DNA of 64,000 nucleotides, from contig KE560565.1 of NCBI GenBank assembly GCA_000442015.1, positions 1 to 64,000 of the forward strand, written 5' to 3'. The DNA is from Rozella allomycis CSF55. Its lineage: Eukaryota. This document shows positions 49,401 through 62,529 of the stretch, piece after piece (position 1 is the stretch's first letter; each line of letters opens with the position of its first letter). A model generated the notes under the pieces. It saw only the letters and a program-made list of their open reading frames with translations. It ran no database searches and had not been told where the DNA came from. The position numbers and the translations under genes are program-made.

Positions 49401-51229
49401 AGAATATATTATTATTTGACAATAGGTTATTAAACTATTAGCCAACATTTTTGAGATGGATGTGGTCAAGTCGATTCTAAATAGTCTGAAAATGACCTTT
49501 GAACATAATGAAAATAGAATGTCATATTACAAGCATCATAAGGATCTCGTGGTTAAAGAAATTGTCAATTCAGAAAGGTCATTTGTGACTGACATGGGGA
49601 GTGTGTCACAGGTTATTTATTAATGCATATATTATACAGACAATAAAGGTAATTAAAGATGAAAATCTTCTTGACAAATCTCAAATATCCCAAATATTTT
49701 TAAATCTGGACGGTATTTATCAACATCACAAACTTTTTTTGGAAAGGCTAGAGTCAGCAACATCTGAAAACAATACTTCATTAATTGCACAATGCTTTGT
49801 TGATAATGTAACTATTGAAAAAGAATAATACTTTATAGGCTGATCTATTTGAAAAGCTCTACGAGACATTTTGTTCTGGGCATTCGGATGCTGCTCAAAT
49901 GCTGGAGGATTTAAAGACTGAAACTAAACTATCTCAAAGGTTTAATGACCTTTGGAATGTCAGTTTGGGATCTCAATTGATAAAGCCTGTGCAAAGAATA
50001 CTAAAATACCATCTCTTGTTAAAGGAACTTTTAAAAAATACAGAGAACAATGATCCTGGGAAGGCTCAGATAGAAAATGCACTCGAGGTGATGAGAAAGG
50101 TGGCATTAAATATCAACGAAATTAAGAGAGCCACCGAGAATGATCGAATACTTAAAAATTTAATATCAAACATACAGGGATACAACGTAATTGAAAATAC
50201 TCTAAGACAATATTAGGGGAGACCAATTGAAAGTTTTGGCAAATTAATCTTGGATGGGGACATGACAATGTTTATAAAGAATGATTCACTGTCGCCATCA
50301 AAGCAATCAAAATTCAATTTTCACTTTTCTCTTTTCAATGAAATAATTTTGTTTTGCAAAAAGAAGGACCCAAGCGCCAAACAGAAGAATGTGACGTTCA
50401 AGTACAAAGGAATGATTCCATTGAACATGATTTTGGTAAAAGATCAAGTTAACAACTTTGGAAACCCTGAAGGTAACGATAATAAATGCGATTAATAGAA
50501 ATGAAATATGCTTGGGAATTAGTTCGAATGGATATTCAACTTACGGCTATAATGATATGTAGATCTACAGAAGAAAAGGATAGATGGGTTTCTGCAATGA
50601 TAAACGCCATTCAAATTGGCAATCAAAATTTTGAAAGGAAAGCTATTGAAACAAATCAAGTAGTGAAAGAAGACATTGAAGCTCATAGGCAGGAAAGAAT
50701 TCGTAGAGCTAGCGTCCAACAAGGTGTTACAGCAACGGAAAACGAGTTAACTGAAGCTGAAATTAAAGACAAAATAAACATGGAAATTGAAAATCAAAAA
50801 TCTATCGAAAATGAACTGGAAGCTGAAATGTCGCTTCACCTTGACCTATTGAAAGAATTGGCGCGTCTAGACGACGAGATATCCAACATACATGCCCAAA
50901 ATGCAAAGGAAAAGGAAATTTGCAACAGTCTTGAACTGGATTTGCTTAAAGAAAAAAGTGCTTTGAAACAATCTAACGAAGAGTTTCAATTAAATAAGGC
51001 CTGTGCAGATGAAGTGGCCAAACAATTGCAATTACAACTTTCACATATTAGAGAATACAAAACCAGCATTTCTTCCTTACTTGCAAAAGATACAAATCAA
51101 AATGAAAACTTTGTCAACAGCATTAATTCTGTCAGCGAATCTTTAGGTTTGTCTAGCATTCCTTACTCATTAGCTTCAATAATGAAGAAAGGAATATTGA
51201 CTAACAAAAATAAATATACATCAGAATGA
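46413..51229 (+). CDS. Multidomain RhoGEF: FERM-SH3-FERM-CH-DH-PH-coiled coil
   Basis: SH3 FDYVAKTDEELMFLKGE; FERM EAIELAGLLLQATLGDYDPEKH...YG; CH LKDGSLLC; DH EIVNSERSFV, LIKPVQRILKYHLLLKELLK; PH FSLFNEIILFCKK, EEKDRWV. In-frame splices link the domains. Confidence 0.8.
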
Positions 51230-51319
51230 AACGCGTTATATTTGATGATATTATCCCAACCTGCAGCCATACCAAAGTCGTCAGAAACTTTTAAATGCAT
51301 TCTATCACAAACTTCTCTG

Positions 51320-52425
51320 AGTTGTGTAATTCATTGTAAAACACCTTTACTTCAAACTCGTTAGTGACTTTACATTACAATGTCCCTAACCCTTTCGTAT
51401 AAGAAATTTCCTTTTGTGTCACTACACGATGAAAAAGTTAACGATCAATGAGAATATTTTTAGCAAGAACTAGAAGACGTTAGGTTCATCCATAATCCAT
51501 CAACGAGTCTCTTGCACTTCCATTTGAATGTTTGGGTTAACCAAAAATCTAATACTTACTAATTGCTAAAGAAAACTGACACTGGACCCAATTGTTCTAA
51601 AGGGAAAAGCATTTATTTATATACCATTGGCGCTATTTATCAAAGATATGTTTTCTGAATAAAATATGTACGAGCCCAAAAAATTTCTCTTGCCAGCCCA
51701 CCTGGAATTTCCGCACTGGAGCTTACGTGTTAAAATATCTAAATAAAAATTAATTAATTTTCCCAGCCCAGTTTAAATGTTTTATAATCTTTTTAGCCCA
51801 CCTCTAAAATTTAAAAGCCACCCTACCCTTGTATACAATTTTTAATGTTCAAAGCCCAAAAATGTGCGCCTTTTTTTACAAGTAATACCTGAATGCATAG
51901 AAAAGGAGAAATATGTGAATCGTATGATCAAGCCGAGCACATATTGAAAATGGATTTTGGCTCTGGTGTTTCCATGACTAAATTAAGAGGCCCTAAGATG
52001 TTTTAGTGCAAAATGTGCCCGGAATGTGAGAGACATCAAGACCCAGCTTGAAGGTGGCTGCCACTCAGTTAATTGAGGAAAATTATGATAAAGTGCCCTC
52101 GAAATTGCCAAAGTTATGGAGGAGAACTCCCAAGCTGCATCTTTATCACGACACCAAATTTATTAAAATACTAGCAACGGCTACACAAACAAGCTAGTAA
52201 ATGGTATTTGTCTTTCCTTATTTGAACAACAAGATTATCACCTGGACAATTTTAATGATTCAATATCTGGATTGAGCCATTGTTCCTTACAAGTTGATAT
52301 TCGTATTCCGTACCTGCCAAAGTTATATAAACTTCCCACATTAAAACAAACATTTAACAAACAGCCCAGTATACCACCAAAGGCGCATATGTCATTCGTT
52401 GGTTCAATTACCCAATTTGGTTTAT
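51320..52425 (+). mobile_element. Internally deleted copy of the composite MULE at 56.1-58.95 kb
   Basis: 51320-52195 matches 56120-57403, then jumps directly to sequence matching ~58722-58943. Confidence 0.75.
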
Positions 52426-53299
52426 AGCGTTGAGGCCCACACCAACCTAATATATGGAATGTTAACGTTTTACCGTGAGTGCCAACAAAATGACAAATGA
52501 TTGTCCAAATGATGAACAGCAATTAAAGTCAGTTAGATAAAATATATTAGTCAAAGGATCAAAGACTATATTTTTCAATTTAAAGTCTAAATGACATACG
52601 TTCAACTTATGCGTTTTTGTCAGCGCCGAAAAAAATAGAAAATATGCGTACTTGTTACAAATCGTGACCCTTTTTTGTTATGGAATAAAAAGTAACACAT
52701 TCAATATTAACCATAACTTCACGCCAAAGAGGGTTGCATAGCCTTTTCCTTTCTCTTTCTTCATATATCTCTATATCCAGAGAGGCACAATGATGTGCAA
52801 TTCCTATTAACTAACAGTTAGTGAAACTCGACATCCCTTGCGCCACGATCTATTATCTTTCAAAACCATGAGTTCGGTTATAAAATAATTTAAAGATATG
52901 ACCTTTGCACGACGTCATAATATCTATATTACCAAACTTTATACCGGCCGGAGATAATTCTTCCAGGTCACGTTGAGGTGCTTCTCATCGCCCTATGGAA
53001 TTGCAGAAACGTTTGGGCCTTCACTACCCGATGTCTCATCATCATGACGGGTACCACCAGTGACAGCATTATCAATGTTGTGTTGCTTTCTGCGATTAGT
53101 GCCCTTGCGCTTTCCATCATTGGGTCTATTAGTTTTCGATCTAGTCTTAAATGGATAAGTGTAGGTACGGTGAGTCTGAAGCAAGCCCTACAAGAAGTTT
53201 TTTAGGTTTTGAAAGCGCAAATTTTAACTTTAGGTATTTTGAGCAAAATGTGATAAAGAACTCAGTCTTTAAAAAATATTTTGCATTAGAATAGTAGTT

Positions 53300-53700
53300 G
53301 CAAATTACAACACAGGTTTCAGCCGCCATGGCGGAATTAAAGTATTGAATAGCTGATCGCACGTAAAGGAACTTTGTGAGCAGAATCATTCGGCATGGTA
53401 AGCGCATTAAAGTCATTTTGAAAAATTTTTGTCATAATCAAAGAATCATTAAACGCCCACTGAACGGCAACTATTTGACGTTCAAGCCCTGTGAATGCCA
53501 AACAAATTGGGCTACCGTGTCCCCACAAAACACAACAGGGGTGGTAATTGATCAAAGGAAACATCAAAACTACTTTCAATGATTATTAAGCTATCTTTTA
53601 AGCCTTTCAAATTTTTAATTATATCTGCAAACAATTGACTCTCATGCGCAGTGGAATTGTGGTCTTCAGATCGCAACAAACACAAATGTGCCTATTTATC
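53300..53700 (+). mobile_element. Possible decayed MULE SWIM-finger remnant
   Basis: PCECQT followed, after a frameshift, by IGLPCPH. Confidence 0.3.
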
Positions 53701-54992
53701 AGGCCACCTTCGCCTTGATCATCTATACGGAACAATCATTTTGGAAACTTTCATTTATCATTATGGTACCGAAATAGACCCATCGAATTAATACCTCGAT
53801 TAACTTAAAAGATAATGTCCCATCAGGCAGAGTTTTACCATATCATGCTCATTTTAGGTTGTGGATGTCATTTTAGGTTGCAACTTTAATATTTAGAAGA
53901 AGTAAACGGTTGATTGAGAGACAAAGGCGCTAAACCGTAATCAATTAATATACATTGACGTTTCAAATTCGAAATATTGTTTTTTCTCGTTTGCGCATGC
54001 ATAAACTTTAAAGTATCGACTGTATCTCTATACGTACAGCTTTAGTTCTAGCACGTGAAACGAAATCCGATTTCCCTGAAAATTCTAGAGAGCAATTAAA
54101 GTCAATTGCCCATTCTTTATGATTTCGACGTTACACAATGTCGACTCCTCCAATAACACATTAGCAAACTATTTATATTTGATCAAGTGAGAATCTGATT
54201 AATTTATCTACGATCACACGAAAAGATTACAAATCTAATCTCAGTCTTCAGACCAGCCACAGTGGCGTGACCATAATTTCTAAGTATAGACTAAATTGTG
54301 AATCTTCGGAAGCCATAAATCTTTTCGAATCTAAATCCAATATTTGGAGTATTAATCAATGCAGTCGTCAAATTGAATAAGAAATTCATAACATTATCTT
54401 CACGATCTGTAATAATTGCATTCTGCCTGTATCACTAAGCTCATTAGTTTGTCGCCTTTGTGCCCTTGACTATTCCACCAGGTTTTCTTTACTTTAGAGT
54501 CTTTTAATTCTTTTTCTACACAGTCTTTCTTATAGTCCCTGAACTGAACAAAAACAACATGCATATATCTTACTGATGCATGCTTCAAAGTCCTGGTTCG
54601 TCCACTGATCACTACCTTGCAAACATATTCATTTTCGCCTTCTCAAAGTAAGCTTTCTAACATCTCAAAACCATAATTCTTAGTATTGCCAAAGACATTC
54701 ACGGTCCAATACAAATGTCCATTTGGTTTGACTGACAACGTCTTTTTTTTCTTATTTAATACTCTAACAAAATCATAATCCTTCTAGTTTGACAAGATGT
54801 CCCTATTCACTAACCTGAGTTTTAGTCTTGGTATAGGTTTCATTTCAGACTAACAAACTTTTTACTCACCAAAGTCTGTGAGACTGTAAGAAAAAGATTT
54901 TAAAGTATTTTCGGGTATAGATAGCCGGATAGAAGTATTAGTCTTGCTGCAGTGAGTCTTGGTATTTTCAGCCTTTTCAGGAGGGTGGTAGA

Positions 54993-55773
54993 CAGAGCCC
55001 TGCACGGGTCGGATTTCAAGACCCGCGACCCGCAACCAGCCAGAAGCGGTAACTTGCGACCCACCCCACTAAATTTCAACTTCCAAAATCTCGACCCGCG
55101 ACCCAACCCGCAGATTATACCCTGGTTTAGGTGGCTGGTATCTGAACCATTTCGTTTCATGATTTATGCCAAATTTTATGAATATCATTATAGCAGACAG
55201 CAGTAAATCATTATTGCATTGACTATTACTATATATATTTTATAACAACCTAGTAATACGTTACTCTTTTGAGTTTGGCATATCGTGGGCCCGTGGCTAG
55301 ATCTGTAGGGCTATGTTATATGTATAACAGAAAATGTTATCATCCTAGTCTAATTAGTCTTTGTCTATTTTCTAATTTCTTTCATGAATAAATGGTCTAA
55401 AATATTGATACATCAATGATTAACAGCACTTATAGACCAAAATGTAGTTATGACAAATTTTGACGCATAATGCCCCGCGCCAATATTTTAAACGGTTGCT
55501 TAAATCAAGATATTATATTAAATAAGCACAGTTTGGCCACTCTGCAGGAAGGCATAGGTCAGTTGAATATAGAGTTGGCCATGAGCCGGCCGGCAACCGT
55601 TCGAGACTTGACGTTTTGCTATTTTTTTTCATAAATAGCCCAACCAACTTCGACCCGCAACCACCCATCATAAAAAATGTAGACCCGCAACCCAACCCAT
55701 TTGGCTATTTGCGGGTCGTGGGTTGGGTTTTTTGCGGGTCTGACCTGCAGACCCAAACCCGTGCAGGGTTCTG
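54993..55773. mobile_element. Non-autonomous hAT element (MITE-like), 781 bp
   Basis: TIR CAGAGCCCTGCACGGG / CCCGTGCAGGGTTCTG (1 mismatch in 16); exact 8-bp TSD GTGGTAGA (54985-54992, 55774-55781); GACCCGC subterminal repeats. Confidence 0.92.
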
Positions 55774-56119
55774 GTGGTAGACCAAGAAACAATTCCACTA
55801 ATGTAGTCCTAAACCAATCCTAAAATAGATGTGTTTTATTAACATTCAATGTTCAACAATCAACATCTGTTGCAACAAACTAAAAACAATGTTCAAGCCA
55901 ATGCAGAATGCTTAGGATTAACGATTCCAGAAATGTTCTTATATAAGCTCAATATTGACATTTCGCTGTTGAACAATTAGATTCCATGACTTAACCACTA
56001 ATTCCACTAAATTCGGATAGACCTAGTCAAGACTTCATCATGAAAGATCATCCTTCAAAAACAAACATACTTTATCTGTTATTTCATTATCATCTTTATG
56101 TACAATTTTCAATTCATGA

Positions 56120-57400
56120 ACTTTGTAATTCATTGTAAAACACCTTTACTTCAAACTCGTTAGTTATTTAATAATTTCTAATATATACATTTAATATTTT
56201 TAACAGATATTTCATTCCCAAAATGATTACACTTAATGACTTTACATTACAATGTCCCTAACTCCTTTCGTATAAGAAATTTCCTTTTGTGTCACTATAC
56301 GATGAACAAGTTAACGATCAATGAGAATACTTTTAGCAAGAAGACGTTAGGTTCATCCATAATCCATCAACGAGTCTCTTGCACTTCCATTTGAATGTTT
56401 GGGTTAACCAAATACTTACTAATTGCTAAAAAACACTGACACTGGACCCAATTGTTCTAAAGGGAAAAGCATTTATTTTTANGACTTTACATTACAATGT
56501 CCCTAACCCTTTCGTATAAGAAATTTCCTTTTGTGTCACTACACGATGAAAAAGTTAACGATCAATGAGAATATTTTTAGCAAGAACTAGAAGACGTTAG
56601 GTTCATCCATAATCCATCAACGAGTCTCTTGCACTTCCATTTGAATGTTTGGGTTAACCAAAAATCTAATACTTACTAATTGCTAAAGAAAACTGACACT
56701 GGACCCAATTGTTCTAAAGGGAAAAGCATTTATTTATATACCATTGGCGCTATTTATCAAAGATATGTTTTCTGAATAAAATATGTACGAGCCCAAAAAA
56801 TTTCTCTTGCCAGCCCACCTGGAATTTCCGCACTGGAGCTTACGTGTTAAAATATCTAAATAAAAATTAATTAATTTTCCCAGCCCAGTTTAAATGTTTT
56901 TTAATCTTTTTAGCCCACCTCCAAAATTTAAAAGCCACCCTACCCTTGTCTACAATTTTTAATGTTCAAAGCCCAAAAATGTGCGCCTTTTTTTACAAGT
57001 AATACCTGAATGCATAGAAAAGGAGAAATATNTGTTCAAAGCCCAACCAAGCCACACAATGGTAGAAAAATATGCGCCTTTTTTTACAAGTAATACCTGA
57101 ATGCATAGAAAAGAATAAATATGTGAATCGTATGATCAAGCCGAGCACATATTGAAAATGGATTTTGGCTCTGGTGTTTCCATGACTAAATTAAGAGGCC
57201 CGAAGATGTTTTAGAGCGAAATGTGCCCGGAATGTGAGAGACATCAAGACCCAGCTTGAAGGTGGCTGCCACTCAGTTAATTGAGGAAAATTTTGATAAA
57301 TTGCCCTCGAAATTGCCAAAATTATAGAGGAGAACTCCCAAGCTGCATCTTTATCACGACACCAAATTTATTAAAATACTAGCAAAGGCGACACAAACAA
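56120..57400 (+). repeat. Overlapping copies of the MULE 5' region around gaps N56482 and N57032
   Basis: The block starting GACTTTACATTACAATGTCCCTAA occurs at ~51366, ~56238 and 56483. Confidence 0.8.
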
Positions 57401-58200
57401 GCTCCGCGACTCAAAAACCATATTTTGGAAATTCTCAAAAAGTCACTTGAAAATTTGGACGAAATTTCGGAAAATGAAAAAAACACCAACCCCTGTTATT
57501 TGGCTTTGACATTGAGTACATTGAGTACGGAATCGCCAGAATCGGCGTTGGATGCGATGAGGATCCACTTTTTATTGGCTTTACATCAAGAGCGCTCCTT
57601 GAAAGCTGGGTGAGTGCGTACAATGATACTTGTGGAAAAGTCCAGGCGTGCGTTGACGAGACTTACAGACTCGATGAATCACACTATCAGGAAATTGTGC
57701 TTGGCATGGTTAATGTGTCTGGGCAATTTCATTTGCTACGTGTAGCATTATCTAGTCATAAACGCGAAAAAGAATACAAATTACTCATTGGCAGTACCAA
57801 TAGAATGTTAGTGAAATACAGTGCCTTCAAGTTTTGCCCTGACATTGTTGTTTCCGATGGTGCTATGTCTATGCGAAACGGTTTTGAACATTTTTTTGAT
57901 GATGACTATGTCCATATTATGTGCGATACACATGTCTTAAGAAATGCAGAGAAAGATTTTTTTCCAATCTACCATTATCTTCTAGTGAAAAAGCAAAAAT
58001 TTGGAAAAGTGAAATTTTGATAATTTTCCAAAAAATATCGAAAACCCGAAATGAAAGTGAATGGAAACAATATTATAGATACTTAAAAGAACTGTGCAGG
58101 AAACAAAATTACAATGCATTTTGTACATATTTATCTGAAACCTGGCTTAATCCGAATTCATTTTGGTCAAACTGGGCTTCTTACTTGATTCCACCTGTTA
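57400..58200 (+). mobile_element. Degenerate Mutator-like (MULE) transposase
   Basis: CVDETYRL, GQFHLLRVAL, PDIVVSDGA..MRNG, MCDTHVLRN (CxxH) and FCTYLSETWL; stops and frameshifts. Confidence 0.85.
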
Positions 58201-58339
58201 ACCATAATGTTTTTATGTTTATACTACCTGTTTAGATGCCAACTAGAGTACATTCATCCCAATCCTAAAAAGAGGATATCTGCATCAAAGGCCTTAAACT
58301 ACCCCTTAATGTCAGGAATATCGTGAATATAAAAAAAAT

Positions 58340-58720
58340 ATAATTATTTTACAATTTAGGGAAGGATTCAAATTTTTCAGTGCCAAAGACATTAATACAT
58401 GACAGCATGTCCTCCAATACAACCAGTTTCTACAGTCACAGGAACCTGTATCAAGATGAATAATAAAACATAATGATTGTTTTTCTCATTTATAAGCTTG
58501 GTTTTTTGTGAACCAATAGTTTTGTCGAAAGTATAAATACGAATATTGCTGATTGCTTTGTTAACAGCATCTTGGTCATAGTTGCGATATAATAATTTTT
58601 TTTAAAAGTAAACTTTAAAGCATTTCCAAAATCAAAAACAACTGATTCTAACTTTTCCATAAGCTCAACCGCTGTAAATCGTTTTCGTTTAGTGTATGGC
58701 GTTATTGGTGAAAGCGTAAC
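58340..58720 (-). mobile_element. MULE transposase C-terminal part (SWIM finger), inverted
   Basis: Minus strand reads YTKRKRFTAVELMEKL and GSCDCRNWLYWRTCCHVL. Confidence 0.65.
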
Positions 58721-58855
58721 CTTGGTATTTTTCTGTCCATATTTGAACAACAAGATTATCACCTGGACAATTTTAATGATTCAATATCTGGATGAGCCAT
58801 TGTTCCTTACAAGTTGATATTCGTATTCCGTACCTGCCAAAGTTATATAAACTTC

Positions 58856-60110
58856 CAACATTAAAAGAAACATTTAACAAACAGCCCAGTATACCACCAA
58901 AGGAGCATATGACATTCGTTGGTTCAATTACCCAATTTGGTTATGGACTATTCATTAAATTTGAAAATAGCCAATGAAAACCGTTGTGGCTGAGGTTATT
59001 TAAAAGTTTTTCTTCAGCCAGGGTACATGATTTCAGAATTTCCAGAATAGCATATAAAACAATATTCAAAATTGTTCACATTCTCCCCCTCTTGTGGAAT
59101 GAAGTCGGAAGGCATACAGGATCATCAGAGTCTTCATATTTAAATTATTTGGATCAGATTTGTCTCCAGAGCTATCATTAGAGTTTTCGACATCTTGAAA
59201 TTTTTCAGATACAGAATTATTTAATAAATTTCATTAGTATTGAATTCAATTAATCTTTGAGCTGATTAGCAAGCCGGAACGTAGTGTAGGGGAAGCTTTT
59301 ATAGTTTGGCGTTCACGAAATTTTTTAAATGCCTAGGGGCGTACATTTTTCGGAAAACATTACACCAAAAAGTACTTCAAAAAATAAAAATTTTAGACCG
59401 GAAAAAAGACCATTCGATTCAGCAGGCAAAGTTTCCATTGTCTGACCACGAACGGCTCCAAAGCCCGTGTTTTGAGGGCCCANAACATTAAAAGAAACAT
59501 TTAACAAACAGCCCAGTATACCACCAAAGGAGCATATGACATTCGTTGGTTCAATTACCCAATTTGGTTATGGACTATTCATTAAATTTGAAAATAGCCA
59601 ATGAAAACCGTTGTGGCTGAGGTTATTTAAAAGTTTTTCTTCAGCCAGGGTACATGATTTCAGAATTTCCAGAATAGCATATAAAACAATATTCAAAATT
59701 GTTCACATTCTCCCCCTCTTGTGGAATGAAGTCGGAAGGCATACAGGATCATCAGAGTCTTCATATTTAAATTATTTGGATCAGATTTGTCTCCAGAGCT
59801 ATCATTAGAGTTTTCGACATCTTGAAATTTTTCAGATACAGAATTATTTAATAAATTTCATTAGTATTGAATTCAATTAATCTTTGAGCTGATTAGCAAG
59901 CCGGAACGTAGTGTAGGGGAAGCTTTTATAGTTTGGCGTTCACGAAATTTTTTAAATGCCTAGGGGCGTACATTTTTCGGAAAACATTACACCAAAAAGT
60001 ACTTCAAAAAATAAAAATTTTAGACCGGAAAAAAGACCATTCGATTCAGCAGGCAAAGTTTCCATTGTCTGACCACGAACGGCTCCAAAGCCCGTGTTTT
60101 GAGGGCCCAA
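58856..60110. repeat. Apparently identical ~627-bp direct duplication across gap N59483 (likely assembly overlap)
   Basis: Identical ORFs at 58984 and 59611; the second copy starts immediately after the N. Confidence 0.85.
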
Positions 60111-60539
60111 CTTTTGGTCTAAAAATAGATTTCGGATTTTCTGGAAATACCTATGGCCGAGAGACCACGTCGACAGACAGCGATCATACAACGAAGACTT
60201 TGATGTGCTAGAGTACTTATCCCAGCGTGCAAGTAAGAGATGCTTTATGTATATGAAAAAAGATCGGGGCAAGTATAAGCGAAGAAGTGTAGGCCGTAAA
60301 CGCAGGAGAGACGACGACGCCGACAATGATGGAGACTGGGTGCCTCCACCAAACATCATTCCGCCTGATCCGCACCCGAACCAACAAGCCGAACCCGAGA
60401 CCATGTCCTAAGCTGATTACCTTGCGGCATTTGATAGCGAAGCGAACAGGCCTTTGCACCAACAGCCCTGGGCCAAGGACAGAATGAAGCGATTCCAAAA
60501 AGATGGAGAAGTTTCAACAAGCAAGATGCCGTACTTGTC

Positions 60540-60670
60540 ACGACATGTGGCCTACCTCTCGGTGAAAAGGAAATGTCACTTGGTCTCTCTTTCGTGGCTC
60601 TATCAAGTGCGAAACGCTTGAAGGATATGATTGTCATGCCCATATTCTTTGACCGTTAGACAAGGATCCT
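60540..60670 (+). mobile_element. PIF1-type helicase C-terminal remnant (Helitron-like or other TE-borne)
   Basis: LGEKEMSLGLSFVALSSAKRLKDM...FDR resembles PIF1 motif VI (YVALSR). Confidence 0.5.
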
Positions 60671-62320
60671 CGACTTAGCGCACGGTATTGTCCACTATGT
60701 TTTTCCTATTTTTGTGGTCGGAGTGATCGGAAATATATAGTTGTTAAAATATGGTAAACAATGTTATAAATTTAGTGGCTTGACTCACGACATACATTGC
60801 CAATGGACTGTTCAGCAGAAAGGCTTTAAGAACAAATTTGGCGTGGTGCTGTTACTACATTTAGCTACAAAGACAGGTCTTATTGTAGGTAAACATTGAA
60901 ATTACGTTTTAATCAATATACTGTCACCTAAAGGCCCACATAATCTAAATTTAAAGAGAAATAATTAAATAATACGTCATATATATATATACCATACTGC
61001 TATTAATTTCAGAGTGGTCTTTTTCGGATTTAACATCCTAATGTTACACCATTTTTAGAATCTCGTTTGGTTTATGGGGTCATATAGGTTACCTCATGAA
61101 TATTTCCCTAAAACCTATATATTGTTTGTTACGTTGAAATCAGTGATTTGGCGCATGCATATTTATAGTGCACTCCAACTCCTGTTTAAGCTGCAAATTG
61201 TTTCCTTTTCAAATTTCCATATACATGCGTGGTCAGTTCCTTTCCCAACCGCACACACCCTTTGCGATTTGTGGTTTGGCTATTGGATCTCGTTTTTGCT
61301 AAATAGTCGAGCTTCGGTATATTCACAAAAATCTAATGAAACGAGTATGCGTTTGTTACTGGCTGATACGCTTTGTTAATGGCAGTGTTTGGGCAGTTAA
61401 TTGTTTTCTTGACAAAAGCTATCTTTGACATATAGTCCAGCCTGACCCAACGAACTGTGCATCAAAGTAACTAAAATATTTGTCGCCATGAAACGCCAGG
61501 GTTATTCAATGTTTACACCATTGCTTGGGGACTGGTAGACAACATAGTGGTGACCAATAGAGAATAAGGGAGCTCGTAAACAATACTGTAAATCTGTATA
61601 CTATAATATGGTATTTATGTTGAATTAAAGTTTGAAAGACCAAACCTGAGAATTGAGGTCACGTGACCTGCACTTCAACCTATATAAATCACCCTTGTTA
61701 AATAGACACTAATTCTTCATCTTACTTGTTTCTACACGTTATAAGCATCATATGTCGAAGCCAACTGCTACTCCTGAACTGAAAACATTCAAGATAGAGC
61801 CAAAACTTTCTAAAGTGGAAGACTACTCTTTGTGGTCACAAGAATCCAAACACTGAATCTATGGGACGATAAGTCCGACCAACCTACTGAAAGCACACTT
61901 GTCAACGACAGAAAGTGAACAGCGTGAGCGACGAGAGCATAAGAGGACTTATGGAATGCACCTCAACCACTGAAATATGGAATGCCATTACCAACAAATT
62001 CGAATCTCCATCCATCTCAAGACGACTGCGTGTTTTACGCAATCTTGTCACATTCAAATTCCCAGCTGAACCAACCAACGAATCTATCAAAGAGGCCTTT
62101 AATAATCTCATGGAAATGCATCGTACATTGAGCAATTTAACTGACAAAAGTAACATATCTGTTACTGAATTAACCACTTTCATCTCACTAGCCGCAATGC
62201 CAAACGTTTGTTTTGATGGACTACGAAGTATCTTGGAATACGAACTGGAAATAGGCGAAACCCTCACTCTAGAGGACATTAAATTGAAGTTATTGCATGA
62301 CGTGGAAAGTGGATCGGGAC

Positions 62321-62529
62321 GGCTAAATCTATACACACCCGGGGTGTCTGAACANTAGGCGATTAAATATTCTATTTTCTTTCGATCTTTCTATTTTTAG
62401 ATTTATATATCAGCCACAGTGGATTAAACTCGAGCCAGTGAGGCGCATTACTTGCCATTCCATTCCACCAATCATATTTCTTCTTACCTATGGGGTGTGG
62501 TCACACCCGGGGTGTAATTTCCTTTAGCC
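62321..62529. mobile_element. MULE-like DNA element nested in copia gag (interior lost in gap N62355)
   Basis: Ends GGCTAAA...TTTAGCC, each with CACACCCGGGGTGT nearby; exact 9-bp TSD GATCGGGAC (62312-62320, 62530-62538). Confidence 0.8.

Noticed and set aside
51383-51393. CCCTAACCCT telomere-like or telomerase-template-like sequence
   Set aside because: Under two repeat units, inside a repeated transposon flank.
52215-52425. RIP-like mutation between repeat copies
   Set aside because: The differences I compared against 58737-58943 are mainly transversions, not C-to-T transitions.
58856-60110. Tandem duplication of ~627 bp
   Set aside because: The copies look identical and the second starts exactly at an N, typical of overlapping contig ends rather than biology.
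61300-61520. Minus-strand GDKYFSYFDA, resembling gypsy RT
   Set aside because: One short motif among many stops; too weak to list as a feature.
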